From the NCBI GenBank assembly GCA_963815195.1, contig CAWFGE010000008.1, positions 384,001 to 448,000 on the forward strand: 64,000 nucleotides of DNA, given 5' to 3'. Made by a program: the position numbers and the translations under genes. Numbering within the stretch: position 1 is the stretch's first letter; every line of letters starts with the position of its first letter. This DNA is from an uncultured Planctomycetaceae bacterium. Lineage in GTDB: Bacteria > Planctomycetota > Planctomycetia > Planctomycetales > Planctomycetaceae. A model generated the notes under the pieces. That model searched no databases, was not told the DNA's origin, and saw only the letters and a program-made list of their open reading frames with translations. This document shows, one piece after another, positions 10,390 to 20,892 of the stretch.

Positions 10390-10700
10390 TCCTCCACCTC
10401 CGCCGCTCAACTTGTTTTCTAGAAAGGTTCTGCCTGTTACCTAAAGCGGGCAGACGCGCCGCGTCATTCACAGGCAGTCGATTTCCCTAAGTCGTATCGT
10501 ATCAATCAGGTGGCTCGTTTTCACAGTGTCTTGGGCGTGATCGGCCCTTTCGATCATCGTCGTGCGAACGCTTTGTGGCCCAGCATGCGCCGGGTCGCTA
10601 AAATGAAATTCGTTGTCCATCAACCGCTCGGCGCTGGCCCACGGTTTGGTATTTCGTAGCCGAGAAACCGGACGCTATTACTGCGTCAAACCAGAAAACC

Positions 10701-10761
10701 AGCCGCAGGCCGCTAGCCCCGGTTCTTCCCTGAGCGAACCGGCAGCAAGCGCGTTCCGGCT
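10701..10761. repeat. REP-like imperfect palindrome upstream of hisF
   Basis: AGCCGCAGGCCGCTAGCCCCGGTTC...GAACCGG...CGGCT; related to the 7081 motif. Confidence 0.5.
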
Positions 10762-10788
10762 GATAAGGCGAAAGCGAACAGGAAAAAC

Positions 10789-11667
10789 ATGTTGGCGAAG
10801 CGAATTATTCCCTGCCTGGATGTGCATGGCGGGCGGGTGGTCAAGGGGGTGAATTTTTTGAACCTCCAGGATGCCGGCGATCCCGTGGAAGTGGCAAAGC
10901 GCTACGAAGAAGAAGGGGCCGACGAGCTGGTGTTTTTGGACATCACCGCCAGCCATGAGGAGCGCGAGATCATCCTGGATGTCGTCCGCCGGACCAGCGA
11001 AGTCATCTTCATGCCGCTCACCGTGGGCGGCGGCATCCGCACGCTCGAGGACATCCGCACGCTGCTCAAGGCCGGCTGCGACAAGGTGTCCATCAACTCG
11101 GCCGCGGTGAAGGATCCCGATTTCGTCCGCGAAGCCGCGCTCCGCTTCGGCAGCCAGTGCATCGTGGTCAACATCGACCCCAAGCGGGTCGTGGAAAAGC
11201 AGCAGAACGATGTTCTCGAACATCTCCGCGTGATCGAACGACCGCTGCCGCAAGAGGGGCCGTTCGCCAAAAAGCTCTCCACTCTCGGATCTTCGCACTC
11301 CGCTTGCTACTGGGATGTGCACATCAATGGCGGGCGGATTCCCACGGGGCTCGATGCGGTGGCATGGGCTTTGGAAGTCGAACGGTTGGGCGCGGGGGAG
11401 ATCGTGTTGACCAGCATGGACGCCGACGGCACCAAAGACGGCTACGATCTCGAAATCACCAAAGCCGTCGCCGAGGCGGTGACGATTCCCGTCGTCGCCA
11501 GCGGCGGCTGCGGTTCGCCCCAGCACATGCTCGAAGCGGTGACCATCGGCGAAGCGTCCGCAGCGCTCGCGGCCAGCATTTTTCACTACGGCGAATACAC
11601 GATCGAAGAAACCAAACGCCACCTCGCCGCTCAAGGCGTCCCGGTGCGATTGGATCCGGTCGCATAG
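10789..11667 (+). CDS. hisF: Imidazole glycerol phosphate synthase subunit HisF
   Basis: [45 protein letters not shown] and ALAASIFH motifs. Confidence 0.97.
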   Translation: MLAKRIIPCLDVHGGRVVKGVNFLNLQDAGDPVEVAKRYEEEGADELVFLDITASHEEREIILDVVRRTSEVIFMPLTVGGGIRTLEDIRTLLKAGCDKVSINSAAVKDPDFVREAALRFGSQCIVVNIDPKRVVEKQQNDVLEHLRVIERPLPQEGPFAKKLSTLGSSHSACYWDVHINGGRIPTGLDAVAWALEVERLGAGEIVLTSMDADGTKDGYDLEITKAVAEAVTIPVVASGGCGSPQHMLEAVTIGEASAALAASIFHYGEYTIEETKRHLAAQGVPVRLDPVA

Positions 11668-11703
11668 TGTGGGGGAATCAATGAAGCCGAAGGTCTGTCG
11701 TCT

Positions 11704-11985
11704 TGGCCTTCACTCGATGCGACCGATGAGGCGGCAAGTTTGGCACAGCAATTGATTGACTCGGGGGCAATTCCTGAAAAAGCCGCAGGAGATGCAGGCC
11801 ATATTGCCATCGCTGTAACAAACGGCATTGAGTATTTGGTAACATGGAATTGTCGCCATATTGCCAATGCGACCATGCGATCACAAATCGAACAGGTTTG
11901 CCGGAATGCGGGCTACGAACCAACAATCATCTGCACCCCTGACGAAATTGCTCCCACCGTCCCAACGCTGCTACCGCCGACTTGA
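11704..11985 (+). pseudogene. C-terminal fragment of a PIN-domain (VapC-like) protein
   Basis: DAGHIAIAVTNGIEYLVTWNCRHIAN...ICTPDE; N-terminal half absent. Confidence 0.7.
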
Positions 11986-12151
11986 ACACGCACTCGCCTT
12001 CACCCAGCCCGATCCGGGTGTGGTCCACGACATAACCGGCTGGGGGTTGTGCCGCCGTCCCACCGATGGCCGTATAGGTGACGTTCAGCCTCGCCTGAGC
12101 CGTCAGGAAGCGGTTGATCGACTCGGCAGATGGCTTCCGCAGCGACAACAT
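11945..12151 (-). pseudogene. DUF1990-like protein, N-terminal fragment
   Basis: TYTAIGGTA...PAGYVVDHTRIGLGEGE..F..AVAAL.RW.QF, then ends against the PIN fragment. Confidence 0.6.
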
Positions 12152-12265
12152 TCTCGACCTCGACTCGAACGTGGCTCTCGGTTTCGCTTCCGCAACAAGT
12201 AAAATGATCCCTGATTATCGTAACCGCAGAAACAGCTTGTTTTCTAACCGGAATCGACCAGGGTA

Positions 12266-13207
12266 ATGACGATCACGGAGCCGGAACTTGTTGGCGGAAC
12301 GAGAGTTCCCGTCGTCTTGCTGACGGGTGGAACCGGCTACGTCGGCGGTCAGCTGATCCCGCTCCTGGAACAGCAGAATACGACGCTGCGTTGCCTCGCC
12401 CGTGACCCGGCCAAATTGCGATCCCGTGTTCAGCCCAGCACCGAGATCGTCGAGGGAGACGTACTGGATGGGGCTTCGCTCGACGCAGCGATGCAGGGCG
12501 TCCAGACGGCCTACTACCTCGTCCACCTAATGTCGGGGGCCAGGGACTTCGAGGCACAAGATCGGCAGGCCGCATCGAATTTCGCCCAGGCCGCAAGGAA
12601 AGCGGGAATTCAGCGGATCATTTACCTGGGAGGATTGGGTGACGACACCGACCCGAAGCTCTCACCACACTTGTGCAGCCGTCATGAAGTAGGACGGATT
12701 CTGCGGGAGTCAGGGGCCGAGGTCATCGAGTTTCGGGCCTCCGTTGTGATCGGTGCGGGCAGCCTTTCCTTCGACCTCATCAAGACATTGACCGACCGAC
12801 TGCCGGTGATGATTTGCCCTCGCTGGCTCACCACTCCGACCCAGCCCATCGCCGTGGACGACGTGCTGACCTACCTGCTGGCGGCGAAGGATTTGCCTCC
12901 CGGTGAGAGCCGAATCTTCGAGATCGGCAGTGAGGATGTCACGACCTACGGCGGCATGATCCGTGAATATGCTCGTCAGAAAGGAATGCGCCGCTGGCTG
13001 ATCTTCGTGCCGGTTTTAACGCCGTACCTTTCGAGCCTGTGGCTGGCCCTGGTCACGCCCGCCAAGTTCGAGGTCGGGCGGCATCTCATCGAGGGTCTGA
13101 AGAATCCCACCGTGGTTCGTGACAGGAAGGCGCTGGATGCGTTTCCGATCCGGCCCATGAGCGTGAAGGAAGCCATCTCCAAGGCACTGGCCGGTACAGA
13201 CGCATGA
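12266..13207 (+). CDS. NAD(P)-binding epimerase/SDR-like oxidoreductase (YbjT-like)
   Basis: LLTGGTGYVGG, YYLVHLM, IIYLGGLG, SRHEVG and TQPIAVDDV motifs. Confidence 0.85.
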   Translation: MTITEPELVGGTRVPVVLLTGGTGYVGGQLIPLLEQQNTTLRCLARDPAKLRSRVQPSTEIVEGDVLDGASLDAAMQGVQTAYYLVHLMSGARDFEAQDRQAASNFAQAARKAGIQRIIYLGGLGDDTDPKLSPHLCSRHEVGRILRESGAEVIEFRASVVIGAGSLSFDLIKTLTDRLPVMICPRWLTTPTQPIAVDDVLTYLLAAKDLPPGESRIFEIGSEDVTTYGGMIREYARQKGMRRWLIFVPVLTPYLSSLWLALVTPAKFEVGRHLIEGLKNPTVVRDRKALDAFPIRPMSVKEAISKALAGTDA

Positions 13208-13507
13208 CGATTTCATGCAAAGTGCCAACGCCTCCTTCAACTTCTCGACCGCCACTTCCTTCGCTTTGGCTTCGACCTCAACCGTGATCGTTTTCCTTCC
13301 CCAGCACTCCGGGAAATGGCGGGAGGAAAGCTGTTTCCCCTTTTTCGACAGCCTTGGCTGCTCGAAGTGTGTCATCGGTCCAGGTGGGCTTTCCTGGTCT
13401 GCTATCGTGCCACGACTCGATGTGCCGCCACAGTGTCGTGATCTGCTCCAGGCGTTGAAGGGCGATGGCCCGGTCATGCCCCAAGTAGAACGTCGGTTGG
13501 CTGCCCG

Positions 13508-15179
13508 ATGGTGAAGCTCAGCCTAACATTTTCGAACCCGATTTCAATCGTTCCATCAAGGTCAAGGCCGTCGATGCGCGGCTCACGTCACACTCCGGTG
13601 CCGTTCTGCTGCGGGACTTCGATCATCGGCTCGGACTCACCGAATCGCTCGCGGATCAACTGATCGATCCTCGCCAGCAAGACCGCGTCCGCTATCAAGG
13701 CGTCGAACTGCTGCGGGAAAGAATCTACGCCATGGCCCTGGGAGAGTCCGATCAGGATGATCTCGACCGGCTCGCCCATGATCCCGCCATGAAGATGGCC
13801 GCGTGGGACCGGCCCGGCGAAGAAGTGCTCAATCAACGCCTGGCCAGCCAACCCACTCAATCCCGGCTCATCGATTGGCTGGCCGACTGCAAGACGAATC
13901 TCGAGGCCGTGCGGAGCGCCTTGTTCGACTGGATCCATCGGCATATCAAAAGCACCGGCGACAGCGACCGCCGCGTCCGCTACGCCACCATCGACATCGA
14001 CAGTTTCCCGATGCAGGTTTATGGCCAGCAGCCGGGGGCCCGCTACAACGGTTACTACAAGGAGACCGTCTATCATCCGCTGGTCGCTAGTTTCTCGGTC
14101 GGCGGCGACTACGATACGCGCGGGAAGGCCAGCGGCTGGGGAACGGCTTCATTCATGCCATCCTGCGGCAAGGCAGCGTGCATACGGCCAATGGCATCCG
14201 GCGGTTTATTCGCAACGTGGTCGGCAAGGCCCGGCAACTGGCGTGGAGCTTCGACCTCCGGATCGATGCGGGTTTCATCGCCGGCCCGGTGTTGGATGAG
14301 TTGACCGACGAAAACATCCGTTTTTGCGGGAGAATCAAGAAGAACAACGTGCTGGAAGAGATGGCCGCGCCCTATCTGACACGTCCCGTAGGCCGGCCGC
14401 CCAAAGGGGGATATGAGGACGTGATCGAACTCGGAAAGTACCAAGCCGAGGGCTGGCGTCATCCGCAGCGGGTGATTCTGGTCATCGTCGACAAGCCGGA
14501 GGCGAAGACGGGCCAACTGGCTCTGTTTCCGCGTTACTTCTTCCTGATCACAAACTGGATCGAGGAGCAACGCTCGGCGGATGAGGTGTTGTCGCACTAC
14601 CGCAAGCGCGGCACGTTCGAGGACCGGCTGGGCGAATTCAACGCGGTGATTGGCTGCCGTCTTTCGTCATCGGTGTTTGCGGAGAACGAAGTGACGTTGC
14701 TGTTGGGCCTGCTGGCGTTCAACCTGGCGTCGATGCTGCGGATCGAGTTCGAGGACGAGTTGGGCGGTTGCTGGGACTTGCATCGTTTCCAGCAGTCGGT
14801 GCTGCGGACAGGAGCGCGGGTCGTGAAGCACTCCCGCCGCCTCGTGATTTACATTGAGGAAAGCGTGCGCGCGTTTTGGGCCGCGATGTCTTCCCGCATC
14901 CGATCGCTGCGTCTGGCCAACCTCTGGCCACGTCCGCGTGGAGCTCGCCCGCGGCCCTACACACCTCTCCCACGTCACGCCCATGAGCAACTGGTTCTTC
15001 GGGACTGAGCAGTTCGCCATCGTGGCATCCGCCTTTCTGTTTCTTTCCTTCACTCACCCAACGATCGCCAGGCCCCAGGGGGAAAGGGGGCGGTCCGCCC
15101 ATCCTCCGCTCCCCAACCACCCGGTGCACTTTCCGCCACGGAAATACTCACCACGCACGGACCTGATGAATAATCCGGG
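13508..15179 (+). mobile_element. IS1380-family element, left end missing
   Basis: Transposase-like coding sequence 13510-15008; right end ...TGAATAATCCGGG at 15179; no matching left IR seen. Confidence 0.8.
13510..15008 (+). pseudogene. IS1380-family transposase, frameshifted (~14120) and lacking an in-frame start
   Basis: GEAQPNIFEPDFNRSIKV...LTSHSGAVLLR, ASQPTQSR, IDIDS, YNGYY...YHPL, RIDAGF, Y.KRGTFED, LAFNL. Confidence 0.8.
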
Positions 15180-15461
15180 TTCATAGCCCAGAATGATGCC
15201 AACCTTACCCAAGCCGACGTCGGCGACCATCTGTTGAAAGGCCCCGCGTCCCGCCGTTTGCGTGGCCGATTGCCCTTGATCATCCTCCAGGATGCTGACT
15301 TGTTCCGGCTTCCACCCCAACTCCAACAACCGGGTTTTCAAGGCTCGCTGGTTGTGGGCACTCTCTTGGTTTTTCTCGACCTGCTTCGTCGTGCTCTGAC
15401 GAAGATATACGATCCCGCGGCGATTCAAATGGCTGGTGCTGACTTTCATCGATCCGTTCAT
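15180..15461 (-). pseudogene. Large serine recombinase, N-terminal fragment truncated by IS1380
   Basis: VYLRQST..QV..NQES...Q; GWKPEQVSILEDDQGQSA; R.AFQQMVADVGLGKVGII; cut at the IS1380 end. Confidence 0.85.
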
Positions 15462-15857
15462 GCTCCAGTTCCTCCGTTAGAATGACGACGATTTGCTGGA
15501 TGATCCGCTGCTGCTCTGGAAGAGTCAGACGGTTCCACACCTGGTCCGTGGCAATGGGTGACATCGGCTTCCCTCCGAGAAAGAATATCCCGAAAGGTAG
15601 TCACCAAATCCTGGAGCGCGTCCGGGGTCAGACAGGAAGTTTTTTGGGGAGGAGCGGTGGAAAGGTTCGTGCTGCTGACGTCGATGTAGGTCATCTCGTC
15701 AGGAAAAATCTCGACTTGATAATACTGACGATAACCTGGCAGGCGGGCTAAGCCGAACAAATCAAATGTTCGGCCATAAAGCGGATGGGCCGGATCGATG
15801 ACGGTGATCTCACCGCGCGATAACTGAGTGACCAGAGGTGTCTTGTGATGGTCGGAC
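15458..15857 (-). other. Y4bD/Y4pK (DUF5372)-like accessory reading frame of a recombinase element, plus overlapping small ORF from 15564
   Basis: HKTPLVTQLSRGEITVIDPAHPLYGRTFDL motif; small ORF MSPIATDQVWNRLTLPEQQRII just upstream of the recombinase. Confidence 0.5.
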
Positions 15858-16217
15858 CTTTCCCGTCCCCGGTTGGCCGAGAAAACACACATTGAAATGC
15901 TGGGCAATCCACTCCCCGCGGGCCAACTCCAAAATCGTTTGTTTGTGGAGGCCGGGCACCGCTTGGAAGTCGTAATCCTCCAGTCCCTTCTCCACCGGAA
16001 AGTTCGCATTGCGGATCCGGCTGTTCAAGGCATTGGTCTGCCGGGCCGCGACCTCCAGTTCGGTCAACCGGAGCAGGTACTGCTCGAAGGTCTGGTTCGA
16101 GGCACTCGCTTCGCGGGCCAACTTCTCGTACTCGGCCAGGATTGTCGGCAGCCGGAGTTGCTTGAGGTTGGCCTTGAGGAGCATCTGGTTGGCATCGTGT
16201 TTCGGGTTCGGGGACAT
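15858..16217 (-). pseudogene. istB: IS21 helper ATPase IstB, truncated at Walker A
   Basis: LKQLRLP...YLLRLTELEVAAR...ANFPVEKGLEDYDF...GQPGTGK, then unrelated sequence. Confidence 0.9.
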
Positions 16218-17744
16218 AATCGGAATCTCCTTGGAAGGAGGACAGGAACTGGTCAAAATGGCTCAAGCTCGGACAGGGAACTTGAACCGACAACACGCCG
16301 GGGTGTTCGCACTCGATCGGAGTGGAAATGCCCTCGGACGATGTTTCCGACAGGCGGAGGGCGGAGGCTTCCACGCGGCGAATGATGCGATCGGCATCGG
16401 CTCCTTCGGGGCCGCGAAGTTGCTCGATCGCCGCCTGCACGCGCGAGAGCGGATGCTCGGCCAGCAACTGCAGCACCCGCACGAATTGCCGCACGCCCGC
16501 GTGGGGACCGTGCCGCCTTTCCAAACGCTCGCGGAGTTCGCCGAACACGGCGGGCAGCTTCCAATCGCGATACACGTTCGCATGATCCAAAGCCGCCGGG
16601 CGACGCGTTAATGTGGTCAAATAGTGCAAAGGATCCAGCACATCCTCGCCCGCCTGATAGCTCCGTTTATGGACGGCGATGACGGTTTCGTTCAGCACAA
16701 TCTCGACGCGATCCACATAGCCTTTGACCGTCACCGTTTGAAACGCGGCGTGGCGAGGCACGCTGTAGTTCACGTTGTCGAACCGCGCGAACTGATACTT
16801 GTTGACCTTCGCCGATTGCCGGATGCAGGGATCAAACCGCGGCCCCGGAAGCGGAGCGGATCGCTGTTTTTCCTCCGCAAAGCGCTCCCCAATCGTTTGC
16901 GTCTGGCCGCTGCTGCAGCGATCGTGTTCCTTCAAACAGCACTCGCGAAGATAAGCATTGAACTCTTCCATATCCTTCACCCGAGGCACGGGCGTGGACC
17001 ATTTCCGCTCCAACGTCTTCACGCGGTTTTCCACCACCGGCTTTTCATTGCCCCGCGCAGGCATGCAGAACAGCGGATCGAAAACATAGTGACTGGCGAG
17101 CGCTTGATAACGTGGGTTGATCTTCCGCGACCGCCCCGCCAACAGCGTCTCGGCCACCGTCTTCGGATTGTCCCACCAGACTTCTTCCGGCACACACCCG
17201 AAAAAATCAAACGCCTGCGTCATGCCCTCCAAGATCGCTTCGGTTCGCTGCGTCGGCAGCGCCACCGCGAACGGAAGGTTGGAGTACGACCAGACCAGGA
17301 TCAGCACGTTGACCTTCCGGCGACCGTCGGGGAAGTCCACCGAAATCTCGCCAAAGTCGGCTTCGATTCGCTGGCCGGGCCGATGATCCAACGGGATGAA
17401 CGTCTCAGCATGGTTTTTCCGATGCCGGTTCACGAACCGCCGCACGGCATCATAGCCGCCCGTGTATCCGTCTTCGTCCCGGATCCGCTCGAAGATCCGC
17501 ATCCGCGTATGCCGCTGCTTGGGCGGCGCGGATTCATCCTCTTTGAGAATCTCCAGGATGCGATCGTGAAACCGTCCCAATTGGGGAGCCGCTTGCTGCC
17601 GCCGTAAGGCGTCGGCTCGCCCGCGCCTCGCAAGACCTCACGAATCTTTTTTCGCGAGTGATGAAATGTTCTCTCAATTTCCCTGAGGCTCATGCCATCG
17701 CGATAAGCCCAACGAATCCGTGCATAATCGTCCACCGTGAGCAT
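16214..17744 (-). pseudogene. istA: IS21 transposase IstA, frameshift near 17590 (3' end approximate; frame runs on to 15748)
   Basis: MLTVDDYARIR..GMSLREI HTH; PGQRIEADFG, WWDNPKT, GNEKPVVEN and NYSVP motifs. Confidence 0.88.
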
Positions 17745-17869
17745 CCTCTCCTCCGCTGAAACAGGACCAGACTCCTCCAATCCTGTAGCATGCGAAGTTT
17801 TCTACGGTGGGTCCATTTTCCGCGCCGATCCTGCCCCCGAAGTGGGTCCCAATTGCACGCCGATCTCCA

Positions 17870-18860
17870 GTGTGATCCAAGTTTTCCAACAGAACGCCGA
17901 GCGGTGCCAGAGCAGTTTCCACATCAGCTTCTGCTCGCCTTCGTGCGGCACGTAGATTGAGTTCTTCTTCCTCGGTATCTTGCAGCCGGGGCAAGCCTGG
18001 CCTTTTGCGGATTCGGCGTGGGAATAGATTCTCTCGCAAGCCGTGCACTTTAGCGCGAATCCGCGGGGCACCTTGCCGGAGTTCGGCAAACCCAACGCCT
18101 TGAGCTTGGCGAGTCCGCGCTTCGTATGGCGGCTGACCTGCTGGCGATACCACTGGGCGAACATCGCCATCAGGTTGAGCCACATTTCGCCCATCGGGTC
18201 GTTGATGTCGATATCCGGAAAATCGCCGATGATCAAGTTGATCTTGTGCCGCCGGAAAAACTCGGCCTGATTACACCAGTCCGCCAGATTGCGGAATCCG
18301 CGGTCCAAGAGCGGCAGGATCAAATAATCGCCGGGGCGGAGCCTTTGCATCAATTCGCCCCCGTTCGGCCGCTTGCGGACGGGCATTTTGCCGCTCACGT
18401 TGATGTCCGCCACGATTTCGAGTCCGCGGGCGATCTCCGGCGGGAGTTTCTGCTCGACGATTCTCCGGCAGATGTCGGACTGGCTTTGAATCGAGAGCGG
18501 ATCCCGCTTTTCGACTTGGTACGTGCGATTGCAGAACGGGCAGTCAAATTCGGTTTGCTCTTTGTTCTTGATGCGCAGCGTCCATTCCTGCTGGCAGGCG
18601 GAACATCGGACGGTAATCTCGTCCTTGGAAAGTCGGCAGTAGCCGTAAGCTTTGGGTGTGCGAGGCATGATCTGCTCCGGTTGCCGACGAGCGGCGGCCA
18701 GTTTGTTGCCCGCATCCTTTGGGGAAAGCCGTTCGCATCGCCGGTAGTATTCAGCGTCTTCCCAGTCCTGTTTGGGAATCGGGTAGTTCGGACCAAGCTG
18801 CTCACGCAATCGCTTTGCAAATTGCTTGTTCCACGTTGCGGGTGTGAGTGTTCTTGCCAT
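17870..18860 (-). pseudogene. Serine recombinase/resolvase with Zn-ribbon inserts, C-terminus cut by IS21
   Basis: AYGYCRLS, D.NVSG....RP, LRPGDYLILPLLDRGFR and MFAQWYRQQVSRHTK motifs; CSAC..CPFC and CTAC..CPGC pairs. Confidence 0.8.
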
Positions 18861-19516
18861 CGGCTCTGTCCTTTCGTGTTGGGAAAAACGCAGTCGAATC
18901 TGATCGGTTTCCGCCGGTCGTCAACCTATGCGAATCGGCGGGACGGTATTGATCCAAGCGCGGCTTAAGTCAAAACGAGCCGCGCGCCCGTTATAGTGTG
19001 TTCAGTTTAGCGAAATGGTCCGCCCAGTTCGTGTTTAAGATACACTATATATATGAACTAAAAAAATAATAATGCAACAAAAGCCTACAACCTAAGGGTT
19101 ATTCCGCATTGTGAATAGCGAACCACCCCAAGCAGATCAGTTTAGCGTCCCCTGCTTCTCGGCCAATGTTCCCCAGGACGATGATTTGTGTAGGCGCGTT
19201 CGTACTATGCTGCGAGGCCGACAATCCCAAGCCATCGCCACGGCGTACCCTACGTTCCCAGACGCCTCGTCGAACAGGTTGTAACAGCCATCTGGGATTA
19301 GCTGCCGGCTCGCTGAGCCTGGCGGAACTTTTTCTTCTTGTCCCGCGTTCGTTTTTTCCAAGGTTTCTTGGGCGGTCCTGACGGGTGCCAGTGTTCTGAG
19401 CAAACGGCCTGGAGTTGGTCCAACGATGGTCTCGCGCTTGCAACCCGATTGGAGGTGGTTTATCGTCAACGACTTCGTCCACAGCGTGCTTTCGGAAGTT
19501 GATATAAGGATGCCAG

Positions 19517-20827
19517 ATGGTTCGAGTGTTGTTAGCAGTGCTGGTCATAGCGGTCCCGGCGTCTCAAGTTTTCGCCCAGAAGGTGCGGGCGTTTGTGGGG
19601 GCCAAGATCCTGCCGATTGATGGTGAGGAGATCGCGAAGGGCACATTGGTGATCCAAGGGAAGAAGATCCTCGCCGTCGGTCCGTCAGCGGATGTGAAGA
19701 TTCCCGATGGCGTGGAAACCATTGATTGCCAAAACCGGGTGATTATGCCGGGGCTGATTTGCACGCACAGCCACATTGGCGGCGTGGGGGCGGCCGACGG
19801 CAGCGGTCCGATCCAACCGGGCGTGCGGGTGTTGGATTCCATCAACATTCGCGATTCAGGGTTTCGGCGGGCCCTGGCGGGGGGATTGACCACGCTCAAC
19901 GTGATGCCCGGTTCGGGCCACTTGATCAGCGGCCAAACGATCTACGTGAAGTTGCGATTTACCGACCCCAGTCCGGCGAAAATCGAAGATTTGTTTATTC
20001 TCGACAAGGCCGGCAAGCCCACGGGCGGCTTGAAGATGGCCAACGGGACCAATTCCATTCGTGAAGCCCCCTGGCCGGGGACGCGGGGCAAGTCGGCTTT
20101 TTTGGTGCGGGAACAATTTATCAAGGCCCGCGAATACCAGATGAAGATCGCCCGCGCGGGGGACGATGAATCCAAGCGACCGCCCCGCGATCTGCATTTG
20201 GAATCTCTGGTTGAAGCCATGAACGGCCAGCGGGTCGTGCACCATCACACGCACCGTCACGACGACATTGTGACGGTGCTGCGGTTGTCGCGGGAATTTG
20301 GTTTTGATGTCGTGCTGCACCACGTCAGCGAGGGCTGGAAAGTCGCCGACGAAATCGCCCGCGCCAAAGTGCCCTGTTCGATGATTCTGGTCGATTCCCC
20401 CGGCGGGAAATTGGAGGCCCGTTACCTCAAATTCGAGACGGGCAAGATCCTGGATGAGGCCGGTGTGCGGGTCGCGTTTCACACCGATGATTTGATCACC
20501 GATTCGCGGTATTTTTTTCGCATGGCGGCGTTCGCTGTCCGGGCGGGGATGTCGCGAAAGGCCGCTCTCGAAGGTTTGACGCTCGCCGGTGCGGAAATGC
20601 TGGCTTTGGATGACCGAATCGGATCCCTGACGCCGGGCAAGGACGCGGACTTCATCATCCTGGACGGCGATCCGTTGAGCATCTACACCAAAGTCCGCGA
20701 GACTTGGGTCGAAGGCCAAAAAGCCTTCGATCGGGAGAACCCCAAACACCACTTGTATGCTGTCGGCGGCTACGGAGCCGGTCACGATCAATCCCCGTAT
20801 TTCTGTTGTTTCGGGAACCAAAATTGA
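19517..20827 (+). CDS. Exported amidohydrolase-family protein
   Basis: Signal peptide; MPGLICTHSHIG, KMANGTN, HHHTHRHDD, HHVSEG, GSLTPGKDADF. Confidence 0.9.
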   Translation: MVRVLLAVLVIAVPASQVFAQKVRAFVGAKILPIDGEEIAKGTLVIQGKKILAVGPSADVKIPDGVETIDCQNRVIMPGLICTHSHIGGVGAADGSGPIQPGVRVLDSINIRDSGFRRALAGGLTTLNVMPGSGHLISGQTIYVKLRFTDPSPAKIEDLFILDKAGKPTGGLKMANGTNSIREAPWPGTRGKSAFLVREQFIKAREYQMKIARAGDDESKRPPRDLHLESLVEAMNGQRVVHHHTHRHDDIVTVLRLSREFGFDVVLHHVSEGWKVADEIARAKVPCSMILVDSPGGKLEARYLKFETGKILDEAGVRVAFHTDDLITDSRYFFRMAAFAVRAGMSRKAALEGLTLAGAEMLALDDRIGSLTPGKDADFIILDGDPLSIYTKVRETWVEGQKAFDRENPKHHLYAVGGYGAGHDQSPYFCCFGNQN

Positions 20828-20892
20828 AAAGAGGCCAGTCTCGGTTGTCGCCCTTCCGCCAAACCGTCTCCCATTTGGACATCAAAACTCCC

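Larger units (their letters stand above)
15858..17869 (-). mobile_element. IS21-family element (copy A), right part lost
   Basis: Left end TGGAGATCGGCGTGCAATTGGGACCCAC at 17869 with a second internal copy (GTGGGTCC...CGCCGATC twice); istA plus partial istB. Confidence 0.9.

Noticed and set aside
11665..11985. hisF stop read-through into the in-frame PIN fragment
   Set aside because: HisF ends normally, the frame match has a one-in-three chance, and no recoding signal is seen.
13207..13507. Minus-strand fragment GQPTFYLGHDRAIALQRLEQI...
   Set aside because: Looks like a gene remnant but is too short to assign a family.
19099..19548. Short ORFs upstream of the amidohydrolase
   Set aside because: No recognisable motif or convincing start signal.
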